From a virus (lineage: Duplodnaviria; Caudoviricetes), in IMG/VR virus record IMGVR_UViG_3300032268_001051, positions 1-57,523 of that record: a DNA stretch of 57,523 nucleotides. One strand, written 5' to 3'. The notes under the pieces are model-generated. The model was given only the letters and a program-made list of their open reading frames with translations, was not told the DNA's origin and searched no databases. The translations under genes and the position numbers were made by a program. Below are positions 39,975-48,054 of the stretch, in pieces (the stretch's first letter is position 1; each line of letters starts with the position of its first letter).

Positions 39975-41734
39975 TGAATGATAATACCATATCAATGGAA
40001 TCAAAAGCACTTTCCATTTTGGAAACATATAATGGTGCAAACAATTATATTCTTGAATTAAAAAGAAAATCAGAAATAAATCGTAAGTTCTATCCAACAA
40101 GAAGTCAGGCAGAATACATTATTAACAATCATGACAAACAACCCAAGGTCGCAAAGAAATGGGTTATCCTCGATGCATACTTCGCACAGAAATTAGCCGA
40201 CGATAGATTGTTAACTGAAATTCCAGAAAAGGTTTGGGTTGAAAAATTACTTGCTGATAAAGAAAAGGCATTCCACATTTGGGGTAAGATAAAAGAATCA
40301 CAAGAGCTTCATGATTTTTGGTTACCAAAAGCCGCGATAATCAAAGACAATACTGTAAAAGATGTTGTGGTAGATTATGAAAAATATTCTAAACGACCTT
40401 TGTTGTCACATCAGAAAGAAGCAATCCAAAAACTTCTCGAAAATAAAAAATTCATTTTAGCAGACGATATGGGTCTTGGTAAAACAACCTCAAGTATCGT
40501 CGCAGCACTTGAGTCGGGAGCCAAAAAAATCCTAATCATTTGTCCCGCAACTTTGAAAATAAACTGGAAAAGAGAAATTGAGAATTATTCTGATAGGTCA
40601 ATCTTCATTGCTGAAGGAAAACAATTTTCAACAGAGCACGACTTTGTTATTATAAACTACGACATTATAAAAAATTTTCATGACGATAAGAAAAAAGATG
40701 AGTCGCAAATTCTTGGAGCCAATTTTGATTTGGTGGTTATTGATGAAGCACACTATATCAAAAACGCTCAAGCCCAAAGAACAAAATTAATCAATGACTT
40801 TGTAAAAAAAATAGACCGTCTGTGGTTGCTCACAGGAACACCATTGACATCACGCCCAATTGATTATTATAATTTATTAAGTTTGATAGACTCTCCAGTT
40901 GCCAAAAATTGGATGGCTTATGTTATAAGATACTGTCAAGGATACCAATTCAAAGTTGGCCCAAGAAAAGTGTGGAATGTAATGGGTGCATCCAATTTGG
41001 AAGAGTTAAGAGATAGAACCTCAGGTCTGACCTTAAGGAGATTGAAAGAAGATGTATTAGACTTACCTGATAAAATTATAACTCCAATCTATTTGAGATT
41101 AAAATCAAAAGAGTATGAAGAGGTTATGGGAGAATACTACAATTGGTATGAAAAAAATCCTGAAGAATCTAAATCTTTGACGGTCCAATTCACAAAACTT
41201 ACAAAAGTAAGACAGATAATTGCCAACGAAAAAATTACACAAACAATAGAGTTAGCCGAAAACATTTTAGAACAAGATAAGAAGGTTATTATCTTTTGTA
41301 ATTTTACAGAATCATTAAATAAAATTGTTGAACACTTTGGAAAATCTGCGGTTAAGGTTGACGGTTCCATGTCAAAAACAGAAAGACAACATAGTGTTGA
41401 TGAGTTCCAAGACAACCCCAAAGTAAAAGTTTTTGTTGGAAACATTAAGGCCGCTGGTGTTGGTTTAACATTAACCTCCGCTGAAGCAGTAATTATGAAT
41501 GACCTATCGTTCTTACCATCCGACCACTCCCAATCCGAAGATAGAGCGTATAGATATGGTCAAAAAAATAACGTTCTCGTTTATTATCCTATTTTCGAAA
41601 ATACAATCGAAGGAATTATCTACGATATCCTCAACGCAAAAAAACAAGTTATCTCAACTGTAATGGGTGATAACGTAAATTCAGCTGATTATGCTGAAGA
41701 AATTTTAAGAAGAATCAACGAGTTAAGACATTAA
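39971..41734 (+). CDS. SNF2/SWI2-family helicase-like ATPase (SMARCAL1/HARP-like)
   Basis: ILADDMGLGKT, IICPATLKINW, VIDEAH, LLTGTP, LRRLKEDVL.LP.K, AGVGLTLT and QSEDRAYRYGQ motifs. Confidence 0.93.
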   Translation: MMNDNTISMESKALSILETYNGANNYILELKRKSEINRKFYPTRSQAEYIINNHDKQPKVAKKWVILDAYFAQKLADDRLLTEIPEKVWVEKLLADKEKAFHIWGKIKESQELHDFWLPKAAIIKDNTVKDVVVDYEKYSKRPLLSHQKEAIQKLLENKKFILADDMGLGKTTSSIVAALESGAKKILIICPATLKINWKREIENYSDRSIFIAEGKQFSTEHDFVIINYDIIKNFHDDKKKDESQILGANFDLVVIDEAHYIKNAQAQRTKLINDFVKKIDRLWLLTGTPLTSRPIDYYNLLSLIDSPVAKNWMAYVIRYCQGYQFKVGPRKVWNVMGASNLEELRDRTSGLTLRRLKEDVLDLPDKIITPIYLRLKSKEYEEVMGEYYNWYEKNPEESKSLTVQFTKLTKVRQIIANEKITQTIELAENILEQDKKVIIFCNFTESLNKIVEHFGKSAVKVDGSMSKTERQHSVDEFQDNPKVKVFVGNIKAAGVGLTLTSAEAVIMNDLSFLPSDHSQSEDRAYRYGQKNNVLVYYPIFENTIEGIIYDILNAKKQVISTVMGDNVNSADYAEEILRRINELRH

Positions 41735-41778
41735 ACGCACTTACAGATTATTTATTTAGAAATAGATAATCAAATATC

Positions 41779-43317
41779 ATGAAAAAGATTGAAGAAGAAA
41801 TTCAACTGTTAGAAAAACAAATACAAGAAAACCACATACAAGAAGAAAAAAAACAGTTGATTAACGAAATGAAAAAAATTGGAATAGAAAAACTACCTTA
41901 TTCCTACTCAGCCCTCAAACAATTTATCGATGCAGAAACAATGGACTTCCATTATAACAAGCATTACAAAGGGTATGTAGATAAATTAAACACGGCCTTA
42001 TCAAAGAAAAAATACGGTGATTTAGAATTAGAACAAATCATTAAAACTATTAGCCGTTTTGATAAATCAGTTAGAAACAATGCGGGAGGAGCATTCAACC
42101 ACGCTTTGTTTTGGAACATGTTAACACCTAACCCAAAAAAGTTAACAGGCGAACTTTATAAAAAAATTAACAAAGAGTTTGGTTCATTCACAACTTTCAA
42201 AAAGAAATTTGAAACTGTTGCTAAAGATAGATTTGGTTCTGGTTGGGTTTGGTTAGTTCTCACTGCAAAAAACGGTTTGAAGATTATGTCCACACCGAAC
42301 CAAGACAATCCATTAATGAATGTTATTGAAGGCGGTGGATTTCCACTTTTAGGTTTGGACCTATGGGAACATGCTTATTATCTGAAGTATAGAAACAAAA
42401 GAGACGAATACATTTCAAATTTTTGGAAGGTTGTCAATTGGGATTTTATATCAAAGTTGTATGAGATGAAAACAGAAACAAAACTTTTGGAATCAGAAGG
42501 ATTTTCAAAAATTATTTCTGAATCGGAAGAGCCTAAATTTTGTTCTCCTAAAGAAGTTGCCTTCTACAATGAATTAATTAACAACAGAAAAATCAAAGAT
42601 GTTTATCAGACTGGTATAACACACATCTTGAAAAAAGTATTCAGTCAATTTTGGGTTGACGCCACTTCAAAAGAAATGTCAGGATTCTACGGAATTGAAA
42701 CAAAAGATGGTAGGTCAATGTTAAATAACCTTAACACAAACTTCAACTCATTTTGTCTTATTGTTAAATCTGTAAACAATCAAATAGAATCTTTAGGACA
42801 ATTAGATAAGATGTTTGATTTTTCAAACCCCGAAAATAGAAACCTTAATGAGGTAAAAAGATTCTTAAGAGCGTTAGATTATTTTAGAAACGATATTTTC
42901 ACTAAAACAAACAAAGATTTTATTAATATCATTAAAGTTCTAATGGTTCTTTGGAAAAGAGGGCAAAAAAGTGAATTAAGTGCAACAAAGAAAATGGAGT
43001 TGTATTTTGGTAAAGATGTTAAAATAATTCAAGTAGGTGGTCACGGACAGAAAAAAGATGCCTTTAAAGGAATTGACTTAATTGTTAATTTAGATGGTAA
43101 AGAATATACTGCACAGGTAAAACCATATTCTAAAATGTCTTTGATAAAAGATAAGGTAGAATTATTAGATACTGGTAATGTGAAGAAATATGATACTGAT
43201 TGGTTAATCTTTGTAAATCAAAAGACTAACAAGATACTTATATTCAAAAACAACCCACTGACCGATGAGAATCAATATTCATTCAATTTAGATTCTTTGA
43301 TACACGAAATAGAATAA
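41779..43317 (+). CDS. Fe/Mn superoxide dismutase fused to a C-terminal PD-(D/E)xK nuclease-like domain
   Basis: LPYSYSAL, HYNKHY, GGAFNHALFW, FGSGWVWL, NQDNP and DLWEHAYY (all four metal ligands present). The ~270 aa extension contains KDAFKGIDLIV...AQVKP. Confidence 0.85.
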   Translation: MKKIEEEIQLLEKQIQENHIQEEKKQLINEMKKIGIEKLPYSYSALKQFIDAETMDFHYNKHYKGYVDKLNTALSKKKYGDLELEQIIKTISRFDKSVRNNAGGAFNHALFWNMLTPNPKKLTGELYKKINKEFGSFTTFKKKFETVAKDRFGSGWVWLVLTAKNGLKIMSTPNQDNPLMNVIEGGGFPLLGLDLWEHAYYLKYRNKRDEYISNFWKVVNWDFISKLYEMKTETKLLESEGFSKIISESEEPKFCSPKEVAFYNELINNRKIKDVYQTGITHILKKVFSQFWVDATSKEMSGFYGIETKDGRSMLNNLNTNFNSFCLIVKSVNNQIESLGQLDKMFDFSNPENRNLNEVKRFLRALDYFRNDIFTKTNKDFINIIKVLMVLWKRGQKSELSATKKMELYFGKDVKIIQVGGHGQKKDAFKGIDLIVNLDGKEYTAQVKPYSKMSLIKDKVELLDTGNVKKYDTDWLIFVNQKTNKILIFKNNPLTDENQYSFNLDSLIHEIE

Positions 43318-43338
43318 ACTAAGATATATTTATAAGAT

Positions 43339-44466
43339 ATGGCAGTAATTCCAGAACCAGAAAGGTCCAAAATATATACGAGAATTAAACACCTCTTAGG
43401 TGCTCCTCTCAGAAGCGTTGAGCTCGAAGATGAACAAATGGATTCATTAATGGAACTTGCCATTGGTGACTACGAAGAATACATTCTCCAATGGTTAATC
43501 GATAGCCAATGGGTTAACTTGGTGAATTTAAATATGACTGAAAAATCTGTTGCGAGAGCACTTGTAACAAGAACAATGGATTTCGAACAACAATTCGCAT
43601 ACTCATATTCAAAAATTGTTGGACTACAAACAGTAGGACCATGGGTTTTAAAGCAAGATTATTTCATCCTAAGTGCAAACACTCAAAACTACGAAATCCC
43701 TGCTGGTCGTGAGGTTAATGAATTATTATGGTTCAGTAATCAACCGTTTACTGCATTTGGATTAGGTGGTGTCGGTGGATTTGGATTTGGTGGTATAGGT
43801 TTAGGTGCAAGCGAAGCTGGTTATGCACAAATGGGTTATCAAGGTTCCTACTTTATGATGTCAGGATTTGATTACCTCATAAGAATGCAAGAATCAAATA
43901 TTCTTAATAGAATCCTTGGAGGTTCTTTAACATACAGAATTACAGGATTACCTGATGGTAAAAGAAACGTATTCCTTTATAATACCCCTGGTGGAAGATT
44001 CAACTGGAATAACTATAGTATGTATGCGGGTAGAGCCGTTTGGTATTGGTATTATGATGTAGGTTCTGACGATAGGGCAGATTGTTTAAAAGCAAACCCT
44101 GACATTATTAAATTACCAACAGATGTTCCTATTGAAGAGTTAACTTGGGAAGACTTAAACACCCCTGGTCAACAATGGGTTAGAAGATGGTTTACCGCAT
44201 ACTGTAAAGAAACACTAGCAAGGGTTAGAGGGAAATATTCTGGTAATCTAAAAACCCCTGACTCAGAGATAACAATGGACTATCAAAGTTTGTTGACGGA
44301 ATCCAAAGACGAAAAATCAAAACTTATTGAAGAGTTAATTGGTGCTGAAGGATGGTTGACAAGATTAAGACCTGAAAAAGTAATGGAAAGAGAGGCGTTG
44401 ATTGCCGAAAACTTAAATAAACAAATGAAGTTCAGGGCAATGCCGAGACAAATCTACGTAATATAA
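43339..44466 (+). CDS. Neck / head-tail adaptor protein (T4 gp13-like)
   Basis: IKHLLGAPLRSVELEDEQ, WVRRWFTAYCKETLARVRGKYSG and ITMDYQSLLTE.K.E motifs. Confidence 0.8.
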   Translation: MAVIPEPERSKIYTRIKHLLGAPLRSVELEDEQMDSLMELAIGDYEEYILQWLIDSQWVNLVNLNMTEKSVARALVTRTMDFEQQFAYSYSKIVGLQTVGPWVLKQDYFILSANTQNYEIPAGREVNELLWFSNQPFTAFGLGGVGGFGFGGIGLGASEAGYAQMGYQGSYFMMSGFDYLIRMQESNILNRILGGSLTYRITGLPDGKRNVFLYNTPGGRFNWNNYSMYAGRAVWYWYYDVGSDDRADCLKANPDIIKLPTDVPIEELTWEDLNTPGQQWVRRWFTAYCKETLARVRGKYSGNLKTPDSEITMDYQSLLTESKDEKSKLIEELIGAEGWLTRLRPEKVMEREALIAENLNKQMKFRAMPRQIYVI

Positions 44467-44801
44467 TGGCAATAATTAGAACAATACCTTCTCAAAGAAT
44501 TATTAACGGAACAACAATAAAGACTTCCGAAATATCCACTGTTTCTGAAAGGGAATATGTTACCAACGGTGAGGCGTGTATCGTTGTAAGAGGCATTGAT
44601 GAATCAACTATCGTATTAGATTCAAGAACAACAGACCATGTTGTTGTTAAAGCCATGACAAGAACTCTCGTAAAACCCGATATTGGAAGAATTGACGAGG
44701 ATTACGATGAGATTCTTTTAGATAGATACGCTTGTGTTGAGTTCAGATTTGTTGTTAATAACTGGTATATTCTTTCATCAGACGGTCTCAAGAATTCCTA
44801 A
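44466..44801 (+). CDS. Hypothetical beta-rich protein
   Basis: 111 aa, coupled (TAATG) to the neck gene. No family confidently recognised. Confidence 0.65.
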   Translation: MAIIRTIPSQRIINGTTIKTSEISTVSEREYVTNGEACIVVRGIDESTIVLDSRTTDHVVVKAMTRTLVKPDIGRIDEDYDEILLDRYACVEFRFVVNNWYILSSDGLKNS

Positions 44802-47567
44802 TTTTTTTTTCCAATCTTCTTCGGCTAAGTCATACATGTAATCTGGTTTAAGACCACGTCTTTCCCAATAATTTAACTCTTGCTCTGTTATATCCAACAC
44901 GTCTTTTTGTAAATCATCTTGGTCACCTTCACCTAATGGATGTCCATTAATCAACTCACATTGTGCTGTTGTAAATATCCCTCTTTGTTCTGGGTCAGAA
45001 ACAATTAAACCATTTCTAACTTCATCTTGAAATACAACCATCAAAGGTTCGATTCTTTTGTTGAATGTTGCAATTGCTCTTGGAACATTATAATCACCAG
45101 TAAGTTCAGGGTCTTTATCCAAAATATCTTTATCCAACATATAACAATTAACCATAACTCCGTCAGTGATAGGTTTTGCTTTAGGGTTATTAAACTGATT
45201 AAGTGTGTTAGTATCTTTGATTTGTTTTACTGTCATCTTCTGAACATCACCCTGAGATGCCTTTGTTCCGTTATTAACATACATTATTACATCACCAAGA
45301 TTCACACCCAAGTTTTCTTGAATTGCCAACTCCATGTGAGCCATTCGAGACATACTATTACCGGCCTTTGTCTTTTGAGTCAACCTCTTCCTATATTCGT
45401 CAAGTGTTAACTTTACTTTAGCTCTTTGGGCAATCTTACTTAATGGAACTTTTTTATCGAAAATCTTTTGAAAGTATTCATAATAATATTCGACAAATGA
45501 CTTACCATCACCCTCTAATAACATTTTGATACCTTTATCCAAAAACTCCTCAATATACAATGGAAGTTTTTTTGATTTGATTGAGTTACCCGTCAACTTA
45601 ATTTTTCCCTTAGCATCCATAACCGCATAGTTCTTACGAGCCAAGTTAATACATGACGGCCATATACCATCCGTATCAAGTGCCATCTCACCCCTCATGA
45701 ATATGTCATTGTATTCTGCCACATCAGCTTCAGGTCCATAATACTCTTTACCTAATTTAACTTTCCAATTCAAACCTCGACCAACATAAACCCTATCTTT
45801 CGCGTCGTCAGGAGTTGAAAAGTTCACACCATCCGTATCCATTACAAGAGGAACATAACCTTTGGTCATAAAGAACTTAATCATCTGACGGAGATATTGT
45901 CTACCTGTGCAAGTGATTTGTTCTCCCATATACATGTCACCCCAAGCATAAACCTGAGGAGCTGACAACGCACCGAACATCGAGTTGATAAAGATTTTAA
46001 TCGGTAACTGTTTGTTACCATATGACTCAGACTTCTTACGGTCGATAGTATAATACTCCTCAGCGAGTTGTTTGTATTTGATACGAGTATCACGGAAATA
46101 CTTTAACATCCCTTTCATCGCACCTGTTACATCACAGTCAGGGAAAACATCGTGCACAAGTTGAATAGAGGGGTATAGAGACGAGAAGTCGAGCTTAAGG
46201 ACGTTCTTACTATAACCAACCTTAAGTAGTCGAGAAAGACCTCCTACGAAGTCTGTCTTCGATTGTTTAGCAGGAATAGCCAACTTATGTTTATAAGACC
46301 AAGCCAACATCAACATTTTCCATAATGTTGCGGTTCCCATTGTTGATACCCTTTCATAAGTTGTCGGAATCATTGCGGCAAGAAGGAACGAACCTTGGTT
46401 GAATTCTTTGTCAACCTTGAGAGTTTCATCCAAGTCATCGTCAAGATATCTCTCAACAAGATTATCCCCAGTAGTTTTTATGTATACCCCAGAAAACTTA
46501 ACATCTAAATCTTGGTATTCAGTTGCCTTTTTATACTTACCATTCTGAACATTCAACCAATACTCCTCTTTATTCTTATACATCTTACCAATGTTTTCAT
46601 GGTCGATATACACACGGTCAGGTTCTTCAGCATTGATGAACTTTGTAATATATTTCAAACCCGCACCTTTAATACTCGAGTTGATAGCCTGAGCTCTACG
46701 AACAGCATGGATAATATCAATTACATTGTAACCCCAAATTGAAGTCTGAACATACTCTTCAACCTCATTGGCAAGTTTTAACATACTGTCTTTTCTTGTG
46801 AATGAATGTTGGGGGTGTAATGAACGACAAATCTTCTTTGGGTCAACTCCCAATATTTTACATCTTTCGAATATCCAATGCCAGTCGAAGTTTGCTGAAT
46901 TGTATCCACCAATAATGCTCGGTTTGATTTCATCAATCACTCGGAAGAACTCGATGATTGCAGTCTTCTCTTGAGACTCGTCAAGACACTCAATCACTCG
47001 ATGGTATCCTTTATTGGTTTTGATTCCAATCATGAAAATACGACCATCTTTAGGGTCAAGGGCATCGGTCTCCAAGTCAAATACAAGTCGGGTAACTTGT
47101 TCGTAGTCTTCAAACCCTTTAAATAATCTTTTTTCTTTTGAAATTAAGTATTGTTCTACAGGAGGTAGAATCATTATTTTATCCTTTGATTTCTCACCCC
47201 AAGGGTCACAACCACCATCTCTAAAAAATTGAATTAACTCACGATATCCCTTTAAAGACTTAACCATATAAGTTAATCCCTGTTCAAGTCTTTCATTATC
47301 TTGTGTCTCAAGTTTGTCAATCATGATTCCGTATTTGGTCATCGCTTCTTTCTGAGCACCTTTGGAGTCATTATAAAATTTTAATCCACGTAAATCACCG
47401 ACCCACGCAAATGGAATGAAGGTATCCTTACGTATTTCTTTTCCTTTACCAGGAATTTCCTTGATTTTGTAAATTGAATTGGATGCGTAGTCGAACTCGA
47501 TTGCGACTATAAATTCTTCAGGGTCGTTACCATGTAGGAACGATTCTATCTCTTCGTTAGATATCAT
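44778..47567 (-). CDS. Family B DNA polymerase with a 3'-5' exonuclease domain
   Basis: ExoI FDLET, ExoII GYNSANFDW, motif A DFSSLYPS, motif B K...NSMFG, motif C DTDG and KNYA. Confidence 0.95.
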   Translation of the reverse strand: MISNEEIESFLHGNDPEEFIVAIEFDYASNSIYKIKEIPGKGKEIRKDTFIPFAWVGDLRGLKFYNDSKGAQKEAMTKYGIMIDKLETQDNERLEQGLTYMVKSLKGYRELIQFFRDGGCDPWGEKSKDKIMILPPVEQYLISKEKRLFKGFEDYEQVTRLVFDLETDALDPKDGRIFMIGIKTNKGYHRVIECLDESQEKTAIIEFFRVIDEIKPSIIGGYNSANFDWHWIFERCKILGVDPKKICRSLHPQHSFTRKDSMLKLANEVEEYVQTSIWGYNVIDIIHAVRRAQAINSSIKGAGLKYITKFINAEEPDRVYIDHENIGKMYKNKEEYWLNVQNGKYKKATEYQDLDVKFSGVYIKTTGDNLVERYLDDDLDETLKVDKEFNQGSFLLAAMIPTTYERVSTMGTATLWKMLMLAWSYKHKLAIPAKQSKTDFVGGLSRLLKVGYSKNVLKLDFSSLYPSIQLVHDVFPDCDVTGAMKGMLKYFRDTRIKYKQLAEEYYTIDRKKSESYGNKQLPIKIFINSMFGALSAPQVYAWGDMYMGEQITCTGRQYLRQMIKFFMTKGYVPLVMDTDGVNFSTPDDAKDRVYVGRGLNWKVKLGKEYYGPEADVAEYNDIFMRGEMALDTDGIWPSCINLARKNYAVMDAKGKIKLTGNSIKSKKLPLYIEEFLDKGIKMLLEGDGKSFVEYYYEYFQKIFDKKVPLSKIAQRAKVKLTLDEYRKRLTQKTKAGNSMSRMAHMELAIQENLGVNLGDVIMYVNNGTKASQGDVQKMTVKQIKDTNTLNQFNNPKAKPITDGVMVNCYMLDKDILDKDPELTGDYNVPRAIATFNKRIEPLMVVFQDEVRNGLIVSDPEQRGIFTTAQCELINGHPLGEGDQDDLQKDVLDITEQELNYWERRGLKPDYMYDLAEEDWKKKLGILETV

Positions 47568-47624
47568 AATATATTTTTTAGAGTGGTCTATTAGCTTTCA
47601 CAATATGTGAAATTTACCTTCCCT

Positions 47625-47657
47625 AATAAATATAAAAAATGTTGGTGATTAATCAAA
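47625..47657 (-). promoter_or_regulatory. Putative DNA polymerase promoter (TTTGATT-N16-TATATTTATT)
   Basis: Same architecture as the SSB and SET upstream regions. Confidence 0.5.
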
Positions 47658-48038
47658 TTAACAACAAGCTGTTTCAGAAATAAAGCTGTCTTGAACGTTG
47701 ATATAAAGTTCTTCTCTGATTGGTAAAATAAGACTACCTTCATCGTTTTTAATTAAGAATTGTCCTTGGTATCTACCAGGTGTGTTTGTATCTCTTGATG
47801 AGAATTTGAAATAAATGTAGTATTCGGTTGGAGCTCCGTCCTCGGCCATTATCAATGCAACAATCTCAGCAGGTGCAGATACAATCTTGGGGATACCAGT
47901 CTCAACATCAATCATCGAAAAGAAAATTGTTGAAACTTCTAAGTCTTCCATTAACTGCAGATAACCCGCTCTACCATCTTTTACAACCTGCATTTTTAAT
48001 ACAGGGAGTGTTGCGTTTTTCTTGATATAAAATTCCAT
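47658..48038 (-). CDS. BppU-N-like putative virion protein, probable start MEFYIKK at 48038
   Basis: FYIKKNATLPVL...DTNTPGRYQGQF...ILP...LYINV resembles the BppU N-terminal domain. The ATG lies 3 nt after TATTTATT, whereas the track start overlaps the upstream gene. Confidence 0.55.
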   Translation of the reverse strand: MEFYIKKNATLPVLKMQVVKDGRAGYLQLMEDLEVSTIFFSMIDVETGIPKIVSAPAEIVALIMAEDGAPTEYYIYFKFSSRDTNTPGRYQGQFLIKNDEGSLILPIREELYINVQDSFISETACC

Positions 48039-48054
48039 AACAATAAATATATTG

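Noticed and set aside
8240-47567. Inteins, introns or homing endonucleases in RNR, helicase, UvsX, SNF2 or DNA polymerase
   Set aside because: Protein lengths are ordinary, motifs are contiguous, and no intein termini or LAGLIDADG/HNH/GIY-YIG motifs were recognised.
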